Shown one piece after another: positions 28,331 to 38,807 of a stretch of 64,000 bases of DNA. The notes beneath the pieces were generated by a model. It made no database searches. It was not told the DNA's origin and worked only from the letters and a program-made list of their open reading frames with translations. Origin of the DNA: Candidatus Heimdallarchaeota archaeon (GTDB taxonomy: Archaea; Asgardarchaeota; Heimdallarchaeia; JABLTI01); the NCBI GenBank assembly GCA_018238155.1, contig JABCTZ010000011.1, positions 72,454-136,453 on the forward strand. The letters run 5' to 3'. The position numbers and the translations under genes were made by a program. Each line of letters starts with the position of its first letter. Within the stretch, counting starts at the first letter, position 1.

Positions 28331-31195
28331 TTAATCACCCCAGAAAGGACGTGTACGTGAATATTCTTTTTCCGCATCAATTATTTCAGAATAGAACTCA
28401 TAATCTTCCTTAGAGTAACTTTTCTGAAGAACTTTACTTGCACTTCTTGGACCTATACCTCGAGCAGAGAGGGCAATAATAGCTTTCTTTCCTGAAGCAA
28501 TAACTAAATCAGCGCTTTTGAATCCTCTTTTGAGGATCTTTTCTTCATCTGGGTCCAATTTTTCTCTTCGAAGGTGTTTTCTAATTATTGGATGAAGATC
28601 TTCATTATATGTTGATACCGCAGCAAGATAGCGAGCACCACACTTTGGACATTCAGGTTTATCATCAAGATTACCTACAGTGGAAATGACATTATATTTT
28701 CCACACCACATACAAATTAAGCGTATCTTTTTCTTGTCAAGTCTTTCCTGTACTTTCTTAGCTAGTTGCCGGTCTGGTTTTGAAGGGATAATAAATCCCG
28801 TAAATCTCAATTGATTCAGTGCCGAACGAGCAAGAGGAGAAATGTCTTCTAAAGATTTCTTTTCAATTAGAGCAAATTCAATCTCCCGTTTGTTTATTTT
28901 TTCAAGAACTTTCTTGGTTTGTTCAATATCTAATTTATCATGGAGAAGTTCTTGAAATGTAGAATCGGCAATTAGTGTTCCTTCATAAGCTCTAGCTATT
29001 CGTTTTGGAGATATTTTTCTTCCTTCCCAGTGTCCTCTAATTGCTCCGAAACGCTTTGCAATGTGAATAAACCGCCAATCATACATTGATGTTTGTGGGA
29101 TAGTTCTTCGAAGAAGCTCTTCAACGAAATTTCCTCGCAATTCGCGGAAAGCACCTTCTATATGCTGAGGTTTGAGATAATATGGAAAACTAAGAATAAT
29201 TCTATAGGAATCAGCTCGGATACTAATTGCACAAGCAAATCTAGCCATTAACAAAGAACCAACAAGTTGCCCTAATGTTTGATTCACATTCGTACCAAAA
29301 TCAGTATGGATAATACCAAAATTACCCAACGTCTCAATAACAATTCTTTTGTTGGTGGGCATTGGATTATCTTTCGAGTAATGATTAAATAGGTATTTAA
29401 TAATTTCATCTTTGGAATCTTCGTCAATAGGATAATCGGTAAGCGCTTCTTTTGCATCATTCAAATCGTCAGATCCATTGAATTTCTCCCAAATCTTCCC
29501 ACGTATTTCACCTACCTCTTGAGCTACTGAAAAGGGGACAGGAATTAGTTCGCCACCCCAAGCAGGAATAGCGCCAATAGGATTATGAACTGGTGCTACT
29601 TCAATTCTTTCTTCATGAATTGCAAGGATTTTCCAAGGAACACCTTTAACAATAAAAACAGTTCCAACAGCGCCTGAAATTTGAACAAACTCCTCATCAA
29701 GAGAACCTACAATGCGGTTCGTAGCAACATCATAGATTTGACATCGTTTCACATCTCTAATTGGACTAAGATTCCCAAAGTAATAATGTAGTGTATACTT
29801 TCTTCGAGTAACTTTACCATCGTCCTCTACCCAGAGAGTACCTAATTCCTTCATTAATCGAAGCAGTTCCCATAATTTCTCTTTGGTAATATCTTTGAAA
29901 GGATAAGCACGACTAATAATAGTAAATAGTTCATCAACCGTTCGAGGTGCATTCTCCATCAAAATACCTGCAATTTGATGGGCCAATACTTCCCACGGGG
30001 CGAAGTGTGGTTTTGGTGGCTCAAGTTCTTTGTTGAGAGCTTTGCGACCAATTACTGCTGCTTCTAGAATATCTTCTGCATCAATAGTAATGAGTATACC
30101 ATTACTAGTCTTGTCAATTTTATGACCACTTCTACCTATCCTTTGAAGGAGTGGAGCAATTTCTCGGCTGGACATCATTTGGATTACAGTATCTACAGAA
30201 CCAATATCAATACCTAATTCAAGACTAGACGTGCAAATTATGGCTTTCAAATCACCACTTTTAAAACGGTCTTCAGCTTCTTTTCGAATATCTTTGGAAA
30301 GAGATCCATGATGAACACCAAAGGGAAAATCGGTGCCTATCAAACGCATTCTGTTACCAAGTATTTCAGTAAATTGGCGAGTATTAGTAAAAACAAGAGT
30401 GTGAGCGTTCTCACGAATTATATCAATAACCTTTCTAGCTCGAGCAGCGGCTTCAGGACTCGAAAAAATCTTCTCTGCGAGCTCTTCATCTTCTTTAGAA
30501 ATTTGAGGGTAAATAATTGATAGATTGATTGATTTAATTGTTGGCTCTTCAAGGATAGCACATTCTCTATCTTTTCCTACCAGGAGATTGGCGACTAAAT
30601 GAGAATCACCAACTGTTGCTGAAAGACCTATCCTTTGGAAACTGTTTTTACAAAATTGTTCAAGACGTTCTAAAGAAAGAAATAATTGTGTCCCTCTCTT
30701 CGAATCAACAAGCTCATGAATTTCATCAATTATTACCCATGAAACGTTACGAAGATGCTGACCAAGACGTTTAGCAGTAAGAATAATACCCAACGTTTCA
30801 GGAGTAGTAACTAAAAGGTGAGGTGGGTCAAGTGTTTGTTTTCTGCGTTCATGTTGTGTTGTATCAGAATGACGGATACTAGTTTTAATATCCAACTGTT
30901 CACCAATATCGATAACTCGCTTGAAAATATCTCGATTAAGGGCTCGGAGAGGAGTGATATATAAAATATTGATACCTGGTTTAAGACCGGTAGATTCACG
31001 ATCTCGAATAAGCTGATCAAAAACAGGGAAAACAGCTGCCTCAGTTTTTCCAGAACCTGTGGCACTAATAATAAGTGCATTTGTATTTTTTTGAAGTACC
31101 GGAAAGGCTAACTCCTGAATAGGGGTGAATTTTTCAAAACCAAGAGAAGTAATTACTTCTCGTAAGGCTGGACTAAAATTGCTGAAATCAAGCAT
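28331..31195 (-). CDS. lhr: Lhr-like ATP-dependent helicase with C-terminal Zn finger
   Basis: TGSGKTEAA, TPLRALNRD, DEIH, GLSATVG, HHGSLS, LQRIGRSGH, CMWC..CPKC; probable start MLDFS at 31195. Confidence 0.92.
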   Translation of the reverse strand: MLDFSNFSPALREVITSLGFEKFTPIQELAFPVLQKNTNALIISATGSGKTEAAVFPVFDQLIRDRESTGLKPGINILYITPLRALNRDIFKRVIDIGEQLDIKTSIRHSDTTQHERRKQTLDPPHLLVTTPETLGIILTAKRLGQHLRNVSWVIIDEIHELVDSKRGTQLFLSLERLEQFCKNSFQRIGLSATVGDSHLVANLLVGKDRECAILEEPTIKSINLSIIYPQISKEDEELAEKIFSSPEAAARARKVIDIIRENAHTLVFTNTRQFTEILGNRMRLIGTDFPFGVHHGSLSKDIRKEAEDRFKSGDLKAIICTSSLELGIDIGSVDTVIQMMSSREIAPLLQRIGRSGHKIDKTSNGILITIDAEDILEAAVIGRKALNKELEPPKPHFAPWEVLAHQIAGILMENAPRTVDELFTIISRAYPFKDITKEKLWELLRLMKELGTLWVEDDGKVTRRKYTLHYYFGNLSPIRDVKRCQIYDVATNRIVGSLDEEFVQISGAVGTVFIVKGVPWKILAIHEERIEVAPVHNPIGAIPAWGGELIPVPFSVAQEVGEIRGKIWEKFNGSDDLNDAKEALTDYPIDEDSKDEIIKYLFNHYSKDNPMPTNKRIVIETLGNFGIIHTDFGTNVNQTLGQLVGSLLMARFACAISIRADSYRIILSFPYYLKPQHIEGAFRELRGNFVEELLRRTIPQTSMYDWRFIHIAKRFGAIRGHWEGRKISPKRIARAYEGTLIADSTFQELLHDKLDIEQTKKVLEKINKREIEFALIEKKSLEDISPLARSALNQLRFTGFIIPSKPDRQLAKKVQERLDKKKIRLICMWCGKYNVISTVGNLDDKPECPKCGARYLAAVSTYNEDLHPIIRKHLRREKLDPDEEKILKRGFKSADLVIASGKKAIIALSARGIGPRSASKVLQKSYSKEDYEFYSEIIDAEKEYSRTRPFWGD

Positions 31196-31420
31196 AAAAG
31201 TACCCTTGTTTTCATACGCTTTGCTTCTTCTTTTAAAATAAAAGATAACTTCGAGAAATTTCTTGTAATGGAGATAAGTAATTATTGATATTTGTCTCTT
31301 TTCAATTTTCATTAAAACAAGAATAAGAAAAAAGAACGTGTTTGTATAACTACTCTTTGTTATTTTAAGTGCATTTGTAAGAGAATGCTAGTATAACAGT
31401 AAAAAATGGGAGCAGCGAAT

Positions 31421-31525
31421 TTACTCTTCTTCTTCACCGCTGACAAGATGATAACCCAGTGCTAAGAAACCACCGAGAATTAAAACCAGGTAAACAATGT
31501 AAAGGATAGTATTTGAGTCAATCAT
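31421..31525 (-). CDS. 34-aa single-pass membrane mini-protein, OST4-like
   Basis: Manually translated MIDSNTILYIVYLVLILGGFLALGYHLVSGEEEE; one TM helix ending in YHxV. Confidence 0.55.
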   Translation of the reverse strand: MIDSNTILYIVYLVLILGGFLALGYHLVSGEEEE

Positions 31526-31922
31526 AATCATTCATCTCTTTCGACTTTTTTTTATAAGCGTATAAGTTCCTAATTTCTTCCCTTAAAAACTCTTTCAACC
31601 TTTTTATTATTTATTTAAATTAATTATAAAAACAAATGATTCAAAAATATTAAGTGAGAATATTATGGTTGAAGAAAAATCATTCTATAATGAAGATGAT
31701 TTTGGTGATGATCCAAGTAAATTAACTGAAAATGATATCCCTAAATTACTTTGGATGGTTGAAAAAAGAATGCAAAGATCGAATATGCTTTATATTGATA
31801 ATATGCATTAGGTCGAGAACAATCTTAATAGTCTTAATTTTGATTCAATTAGTTCCAATTATTCTGTCTTGCATTAGTTTATTTATCTAGAAAAGAGAAA
31901 AACAACCATTTTTAATTAATAG

Positions 31923-32243
31923 TTATTTTTCAATAGCTAATCTTACATGAATAATTTTTTTAGAATGTTTATGAGTTTCAACTTTTGTTGCAATAATATT
32001 ATAGAAAAATAATTTGTCAATCACTGAAACGGGTAAAAATAATATGTTATCTTTTTCATGTATACCTTGAACAGTTGTTGTGATAAATATTGCTTTATAA
32101 TTAAAATTAAAATTCTTAATAAGTAAATCAAGAATTTTTTGAACGTATACAGGTGGGATGAGTTTCTGAATCCCATTGGACATATGGATACAAACATCCT
32201 TCTTTACCAAAAGAATTTTTCTTTCTCCTATAATGGTGCTCAC
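31923..32243 (-). CDS. Hypothetical protein
   Basis: 106-aa ORF in an AT-rich gap; no recognised motif. Confidence 0.35.
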   Translation of the reverse strand: MSTIIGERKILLVKKDVCIHMSNGIQKLIPPVYVQKILDLLIKNFNFNYKAIFITTTVQGIHEKDNILFLPVSVIDKLFFYNIIATKVETHKHSKKIIHVRLAIEK

Positions 32244-32496
32244 TATTAATCTCTCTTATAACAACATTCGAAATACATCATATAAACACCGTTTTTATCA
32301 TTTTTAGCGAAAGAAATTTGTTTGAATCATCTTCTAGTATTATATGAGGAAAATGGAAAAGTGAAGTTTGATTACCGATCAGAGAAGTATTTTGGTCGTT
32401 TATCTTACAAGAGGATAGAATAGTTTCGTTTATCTCCCAAGATAACCGTTAATATTATTATTTTGAATTGATAGAATATCTTCTATCTAACTAATT

Positions 32497-33672
32497 GTGG
32501 TCGCAATCGTGGCATTTTTACAAAAATCACAGAATCAAGCAAAGGTTCCAAAAAAAGAACGAAATTTTCTTTTTCATGTAGATTTAGATTGTTTTTTTGC
32601 TGCTGTTGAAATTAGGGAACAACCATCATTGAAAGGGTTACCCATTATCGTTGGAGGTGATAAAGAATCAAAAAGGGGAGTTGTTACTACATGTACTTAT
32701 GAAGCAAGACGATTTGGAGTACATTCTGGGATGTCTATCGTTGATGCACTGAAATTGTGCCCTGAATCTATTTGTTTGCCAAGAGGAAATTATCTTCTAT
32801 ATAGGGAAGTTTCTGATAGTGTTATGTCTATATTATCAACATATACAGACGAATTTCGGTGTGCATCTATTGATGAAGCTTATTTGAATTTAACAAAAAT
32901 AATCAATAAAGAATTTAATGGAAATCCCATTCCAATAGCTGAGGAAATTAAAAAAGAAATTTTTGAAATAGAGGGAATAACATGTTCTATTGGTATTGGA
33001 TCAAATACAACTATCGCTAAAATGGCCACATCTCAAAATAAACCGAATGGAATAACATATATTCCTAAAGAGCACATCAAAGAATTTCTAAAACCTTTAC
33101 CTGTAAGGAGAATTAGTGGCATAGGTCCTAAATCAGCAGAACGTCTCCAGAAAAACCATGGCGTTGAAACAATCGGTCAAATTATGAAATTAGAAACAGA
33201 ATATGAAATGATAAGAAAATATGGAAGCTTGGGGAAATTTTTCTATCGGATTATATCTGGTGAAGGAAGAACCAAGTTGAAAACTAATGATTATTATGGC
33301 GCGCAATCAATCAGTAAAGGTAGAACGTTCTATGGATATCTTGAAGATGGAGAGCCAATTACTGCAGAGAAACTGTTACCAAAACTCATAGATCAAGTTC
33401 ATGAGCGCTTAACTAAAAAATCTTTCAGATTTAAGACAGTAACACTCGAGATAAAATTACAAAATAGTTTCAAAAATATCAATAAAAGCAGATCTTTCTT
33501 AGCTGCAAATGATGATAAAGAGAGAATAAATTCAACTGTTTTTGAACTTCTAGAAGAATTTAGGAATACGCACAAAGATGAACCCATAAGAAAAGTCGCT
33601 GTACGAGTATCTAATTTTGGAAAAAAGGATTCAAATCAGAAATCCATCACAGATTTCTTTAGTGAAAAATAA
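32497..33672 (+). CDS. dinB: Y-family DNA polymerase IV
   Basis: HVDLDCFFAAVE, YEARRFGV.SGM, SIDEAYL, AKMA...KPNG, GIG. Confidence 0.95.
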   Translation: MVAIVAFLQKSQNQAKVPKKERNFLFHVDLDCFFAAVEIREQPSLKGLPIIVGGDKESKRGVVTTCTYEARRFGVHSGMSIVDALKLCPESICLPRGNYLLYREVSDSVMSILSTYTDEFRCASIDEAYLNLTKIINKEFNGNPIPIAEEIKKEIFEIEGITCSIGIGSNTTIAKMATSQNKPNGITYIPKEHIKEFLKPLPVRRISGIGPKSAERLQKNHGVETIGQIMKLETEYEMIRKYGSLGKFFYRIISGEGRTKLKTNDYYGAQSISKGRTFYGYLEDGEPITAEKLLPKLIDQVHERLTKKSFRFKTVTLEIKLQNSFKNINKSRSFLAANDDKERINSTVFELLEEFRNTHKDEPIRKVAVRVSNFGKKDSNQKSITDFFSEK

Positions 33673-33683
33673 TCATCATTCAA

Positions 33684-34190
33684 TTATTCTTTATTTAATT
33701 TCTTTATACCATAACGGACTTTCACTGCTGTTCCACTTTGAAAAGCAATCATATATTCAGCAGATAGCTTGGCTCTACCAACAGCTAAGAGTTTGTCCTC
33801 TTCTGATACAATAACTACCTCATCTTCAGGTTGAATTTCAGGGTCAACACATACAACGTGTTTAGCAAAAACATTTCGTCCATCAGCAATAAATTCAGCA
33901 ACATCAGTTTTCACTACAACTCTTCTCTTTGGACTTTTTGTTTTCTGTACTATTCTTTCTGCTCCTGCCAATCCAAGGGAATATGCACCATCAGTTGGTC
34001 TCAATGTTGCTAACCTTTGCTCTTTGTAGATGATTTCTCTGACTTTTTTGGTTCTTTTAGAAAAGCTTACAAAGATACCTTCTGGAGATAATATATCAGC
34101 AAATTCGGAACCAAATTGGTATTGGGCAATTATACGCAATTGTCTTATTGTCCAATCATCTGGTTTTATACCCTTAGTTTTTGGAGTCAT
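33684..34190 (-). CDS. PUA-domain protein (archaeosine TGT C-terminal-like)
   Basis: IAQYQFG, GRNVFAKHV, DEVVIV..LLAVGRA, AVKVR. Confidence 0.85.
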   Translation of the reverse strand: MTPKTKGIKPDDWTIRQLRIIAQYQFGSEFADILSPEGIFVSFSKRTKKVREIIYKEQRLATLRPTDGAYSLGLAGAERIVQKTKSPKRRVVVKTDVAEFIADGRNVFAKHVVCVDPEIQPEDEVVIVSEEDKLLAVGRAKLSAEYMIAFQSGTAVKVRYGIKKLNKE

Positions 34191-34227
34191 TTCTTACACC
34201 ACATTAATTACTATTCTATTTCATATT

Positions 34228-35097
34228 CTAATTAATCTTCACATCAAATACGATATGATTCATACCGGGTGAAATTTTTTTCACTCGTTTAAAGGCAATA
34301 TCCATATCCGATATAGTTTCTTGTTCAATAATAACTGCTATTTGTTTAATCATTTTATCTGTTTCTTTTTCTTTTGCCTGAATAATTTCATGGAAATGAA
34401 CCATCCCTCCCTTCTTACATAATCTTATTGCTAATCTTTTCTGTTGATTATCGCCATTAAAATATCCAAAAAGGACTCTATCAGCTTGACCATGATACTC
34501 AGATAAGACTGTTCGATTATCACCAAATATGGCAATCATTCTATTCTCAACTTTATTCAGTTTGATATTTTGTTCAAGGTATCTATATGCTAAAGGGTTT
34601 ATTTCAACGGCAACAATTTTCTTTGGCTCATTATTAATAGCAAGAGGTAGTGAGAGGTTTCCAACACAACTGAACATATCAACAATGAATTCATTTTTTT
34701 GTACAATATCGATTAACCTTTTTCTTTCTCCGTGATTACCTGGAGAAAAAGTAAGCTTGGCGGCATCAATTTTAAACTGACCTCCTAATTCTTTATGAAT
34801 GGTTTCAGAGTTAGTATCTCCGGCTAGAAAAACAAATTCAGGCGTTCGAATAATATCTCTTGTAGGACCCACTTTGCCAAAAACGGAGCGAGCTTTCCCT
34901 TGTTCTACTTGAAGAAATACTTCACCAAGAATGTGTTTAAAATTAAGGAGTTGCTTTGGGACAGAAACAATGAGAATGTCTCCAATATACCACCAGCTGT
35001 GAGGAATATAAGAGGAAAGATTCGATGGGATTTGATCTTCGAGTAATTTGTGTATTATGGCTCTTTTACTTTCACGACCACGAATCAACAAAATCAA
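34228..35097 (-). CDS. Trm5/Taw2 (Met-10+) family tRNA-modifying SAM-dependent transferase
   Basis: IGDILIV, TIHKE.G..F..D, FSPGN..ER, VDMFSCVG, VEINP.AY. Confidence 0.88.
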   Translation of the reverse strand: MILLIRGRESKRAIIHKLLEDQIPSNLSSYIPHSWWYIGDILIVSVPKQLLNFKHILGEVFLQVEQGKARSVFGKVGPTRDIIRTPEFVFLAGDTNSETIHKELGGQFKIDAAKLTFSPGNHGERKRLIDIVQKNEFIVDMFSCVGNLSLPLAINNEPKKIVAVEINPLAYRYLEQNIKLNKVENRMIAIFGDNRTVLSEYHGQADRVLFGYFNGDNQQKRLAIRLCKKGGMVHFHEIIQAKEKETDKMIKQIAVIIEQETISDMDIAFKRVKKISPGMNHIVFDVKIN

Positions 35098-35615
35098 TCC
35101 TTTGAATCATGCCTTTCTAAAAGATCAATCAAGTATCTTGAAATGCATTCAACGCTATTCTTTACTTCAGTTGACATTTCTTCCATGTATTCAAGAGATT
35201 TAGGTTCGATACCAATAAATATTGCAGAAATATCTTTCAAGTAATGTTTTAGATACTTCATATACATGGTCATTGATACTTGATGTGGAGTGACCATATA
35301 AGCATCATCAATATCTTTCTCTGTAAAAACTCTAATTGTACCTGGTTTCTCATCCATTTTTGCAGCATCAATTACAACAAGAATTTCTGTATGAAAATCT
35401 TTAATCACTCCAGTAAAAGCTTCAGGAACAGGACCTGCATTGATAATTTTGATGTTTTCTGCGAATTTTTTTCTTTCAAGCTTCTCTATAACTGCCAATC
35501 CAGAATAATCATCTGCTCGGTCAAAATTTCCAATACCCATTAAACAGATTTTTTTATTCGTTGAAATAATTTTTAGTAGCTTTTCCTTTTTGATTTCATG
35601 ATTCATAGAATGCAC
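35094..35615 (-). CDS. hycI: Hydrogenase maturation protease, HycI-like
   Basis: MGIGN..RADDYSG, GPVPE, VIDAA, TPH. Confidence 0.85.
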   Translation of the reverse strand: MHSMNHEIKKEKLLKIISTNKKICLMGIGNFDRADDYSGLAVIEKLERKKFAENIKIINAGPVPEAFTGVIKDFHTEILVVIDAAKMDEKPGTIRVFTEKDIDDAYMVTPHQVSMTMYMKYLKHYLKDISAIFIGIEPKSLEYMEEMSTEVKNSVECISRYLIDLLERHDSKD

Positions 35616-35639
35616 CTACAATTAAAAGAAAACTAGGTC

Positions 35640-37214
35640 CTATAGAAAAGTAGGACCTGAGGGAAGTTCATCAATATATTTCAGTAATTTTTCTGGCCAT
35701 TTATCTGGATTCGTTCCCTTCTGAGCAACGAAGGCAGAGATATATCTTTCAAAACTACCACCACCACAACCTGACCAAAGTTCTTTTCCTGATTGTGATT
35801 TTACCGTGAAATTCTTGGTATATTTATTTCCTAAAATTGATACATTTTGTGTCTCTAACCAATTACTTTGATTGCGTTTTCCTCGATAAGGCATATAAAT
35901 TTCCATATCGATTGTACCAATTTGATCGAAGTTTTTCAATTCAATAGTGCTCTCCTCTTCATCATCACCTTTGCCTTCTTGTGAAGACCACCAAGGAGTT
36001 ACCCATGCTTCCCTAAATTCTAGATCAAGAACATCGCCAATAATCTTCCTAAAATTAGCTCGAAGATCTTGGGCTACCTTCTTTATCTGTTCTGGGAAAC
36101 CAATATACAAAGTTTCAATACGATGAAGTTCATCTACACGCTCAAAACCATGTGCTGCACCACTTTCATATCGAAAAGTTGGTCCTGACCAATCATAATA
36201 AAATAATGGAAAACTATCATCACTAATAGTTTTGCCTTGTAAGTAGGTCCAAAATGGTGGGCATTGAGCAAAACTCAATCCACCGATAGGAGGTCGAAGT
36301 TTTTCCATAATTTTTTCAGGTTCAATTTCAAGTGTAATCCTAAAGTAATCAGCAATTTCCTCCCAATATTCTGGATCAGCTGTTTTTGGCGTACAAACAA
36401 AATATGGTTCAAATCCTCCTTGGTAAATACCTGATAAATGACCGCTTCTTTTCCATACTTCCCAAGGAACAACTTTGGGAAAAACCATATTTTTAAAACC
36501 TAGAGGCTTGTAAAGATGTTCGACCATAATTTCCTTTAGTGTTTCAGTTAAAGCACTAATAGCTGGTGCAAAAATCCATTGATTGCGATAACTAGTTCTT
36601 TGTATCCAACCATCTTTAATCATAATATCAGTAGGATTTTCGTTGGTAACAGGTTTTTTCTGCTCACTGGACCAAACTACAAGATGATGCTCATCTTTTC
36701 CTCGAATGATTTGTTCTACAATCTTATTTCTAACCAATTTAACAATTCTATCAATAGATCCTTTTTCGATAAAATCAATTGGAATGTTTTTTTCAAGGGT
36801 TATTTTTGCAGTGTCATTTGTAAATATAATTGTAGAAACGAAAGGTAATGTAAATTCCTTTGCTGGTTTATTTGGAATATCGATGTCTATTTTGTATGAC
36901 TTAATATCAATACCACTTATTCCTAATCGAAATTCTTTGCCAAATTTCCCACTGAAAAATTTTCTCATTCTTAGTAAGGCATGATGGGCCGGCATTGTCT
37001 CTCCACTAACTACCGTTAAGAGCAGCTCATCTTCTTTCTCATTCACTGATTTTAAAACCCATTTCTTAACTTTAGAAATCTTCTTTAAATCTCTCTCTTG
37101 AATACCTTTTTCTAATAACTGCTGAAGTTCAGTAAACCATTCTTTCATTCTTTCTTGAGCTTCAACTGGGAATTTTCCTCGTAACTTAAAACTAAACTGC
37201 AAATTATACTTCAT
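35640..37214 (-). CDS. serS: Serine--tRNA ligase, methanogen (type 2) form
   Basis: Long N-terminal domain with HHALLRMRK...GKEFRLG; FAQCPPF, FRYESG..HG.ERVDE.HRIE, LWSGC. Confidence 0.92.
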   Translation of the reverse strand: MKYNLQFSFKLRGKFPVEAQERMKEWFTELQQLLEKGIQERDLKKISKVKKWVLKSVNEKEDELLLTVVSGETMPAHHALLRMRKFFSGKFGKEFRLGISGIDIKSYKIDIDIPNKPAKEFTLPFVSTIIFTNDTAKITLEKNIPIDFIEKGSIDRIVKLVRNKIVEQIIRGKDEHHLVVWSSEQKKPVTNENPTDIMIKDGWIQRTSYRNQWIFAPAISALTETLKEIMVEHLYKPLGFKNMVFPKVVPWEVWKRSGHLSGIYQGGFEPYFVCTPKTADPEYWEEIADYFRITLEIEPEKIMEKLRPPIGGLSFAQCPPFWTYLQGKTISDDSFPLFYYDWSGPTFRYESGAAHGFERVDELHRIETLYIGFPEQIKKVAQDLRANFRKIIGDVLDLEFREAWVTPWWSSQEGKGDDEEESTIELKNFDQIGTIDMEIYMPYRGKRNQSNWLETQNVSILGNKYTKNFTVKSQSGKELWSGCGGGSFERYISAFVAQKGTNPDKWPEKLLKYIDELPSGPTFL

Positions 37215-37282
37215 TATACTATCCTCTGGCTACTAAAAAAAATAATCGAAAGATAAAACTTTCGAGCAATTCCTTTATTTTT

Positions 37283-38242
37283 TCATATGAAGATTGCAAT
37301 TATGGGATAAATAAAGAACCCTATACCCATTAGGAAAAAGAATAGTGAGATAATTATTCGGCGAGAACGTTTAATATCAAAGTAAAGAGCGTTTAAGCGC
37401 ATTTTTGCAACGCGCTCAAAGGAGAACGGAACGAATTTATCTTTGGAAGCATCTTTGCCTGGATTGAAAATGTTAGTTGTTCCGCCTCTGCTTAGAGGAA
37501 CATTTTCAATTACTCCCTTCTCTTTTCTACGGGGATCAAAGATAGCTTTGGCTTTGTCAGCAAAATCTTTGTATACTCGAGGGAAAAAGTGAAAACTACC
37601 AATTTTAATTCCCTCTGAATCAAAATTCATTTCCTCAAGTTTGATATCTTTGACAACAAACTTTCTTTCTTTAGTTTTTGAAGAAACTATCCACGCTTCT
37701 ATAACAATAGATGTTGTTTTCTTTTTTGGAGCAAAGTTTTCCATTATCTCAGTATAAAAGAGTCCATCTTCTTGGATTTGTAATATTTCTTCGTAGAGAA
37801 TGTTTTGCTTCAAATCATAAATGGTAAATTCAATTTCATTATCAATACAGTCTTCTATGACATATCCACATACAAGCATACCTTTTCCAACAACAGAAGC
37901 ATCACTTGGACTAACTAAACGAATGGGGATTTTTCTTTGACCGCCCCAAAAACCACTTGCTCCACCACCAATAATTGCAATTCCACCAAACATCATTAAA
38001 TAGATAATGACCCATTCTCCAAAAGTAGACGGATGTTCTGCAGCCAAAGTATTTGTTATTGCACCTAAAGCTACTGCGATTCCTGAAGAAACAACAAGAA
38101 TTACAAGAAAAATCAATAATAATTTGTTAAGAGGAATTGGTGGTTTTGTTTCTTTTTCTTCTTTGTGTAATTCAAGCTGTAAATCATCAATTTCTCCCTC
38201 TTCAACATCTTCGGAAATATCTTCAACATTATTCTCTGACAT
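37283..38242 (-). CDS. Hypothetical membrane protein
   Basis: Two N-terminal TM helices, soluble middle region, one C-terminal TM. Confidence 0.7.
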   Translation of the reverse strand: MSENNVEDISEDVEEGEIDDLQLELHKEEKETKPPIPLNKLLLIFLVILVVSSGIAVALGAITNTLAAEHPSTFGEWVIIYLMMFGGIAIIGGGASGFWGGQRKIPIRLVSPSDASVVGKGMLVCGYVIEDCIDNEIEFTIYDLKQNILYEEILQIQEDGLFYTEIMENFAPKKKTTSIVIEAWIVSSKTKERKFVVKDIKLEEMNFDSEGIKIGSFHFFPRVYKDFADKAKAIFDPRRKEKGVIENVPLSRGGTTNIFNPGKDASKDKFVPFSFERVAKMRLNALYFDIKRSRRIIISLFFFLMGIGFFIYPIIAIFI

Positions 38243-38353
38243 ATACGACCACCAAATTGTATAGATTAATATTTGAAATGGCTTTTATTTATCTTTACAA
38301 ATAAGTGAAAATAGAAATTTTATCAAGAAAACATGTCATTGAAATAGAATAAT

Positions 38354-38611
38354 TCAACTACTAACAACATTTTGTTCTTGACATATTAAACGATAAGCAA
38401 TACGTGAAAGATTCATTGCTACACTAAAATTTTCTAATTTGATGAATATAACTGCAAGCTTATTCCAAATTCTTGCATTTTCCGGTTCAAAAGATAATGC
38501 TCTGAAAAAATAATTCAGTGAACGTAAATAATTACCTGTATCAAAGTGTTCTTGCGCTAGTTGAATAAGTAGTTCTGAATTTGTATTGTTTAAAATGAGA
38601 TTTTGTTCCAA
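38354..38611 (-). CDS. Small TPR protein
   Basis: LAQEHFDTGNY..SL.YF.RAL..EPENARIWNKLA. Confidence 0.7.
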   Translation of the reverse strand: MEQNLILNNTNSELLIQLAQEHFDTGNYLRSLNYFFRALSFEPENARIWNKLAVIFIKLENFSVAMNLSRIAYRLICQEQNVVSS

Positions 38612-38807
38612 TTCGATTATTTTTTTGATTTCTAAAAATTGTTAAATCGTGTTTAAGATTATTAGTTTTAGCAGTCATCTATCATTGTCTCAGTTTGTTC
38701 TTTAATAATATATATTGATTTTTACTTTAAAACATATAAATTAAAAATCAGAAGAGCTTTTTATTAGATAAGAACAAGAAAATGTTCTCAAGAGCGTGCC
38801 GTAATTA

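Noticed and set aside
31665-31880. Short plus-strand ORF MVEEKSFYNEDDFGDDP... with a TM-like segment in another frame
   Set aside because: Possibly a frameshifted small membrane gene but too short and unsupported to call
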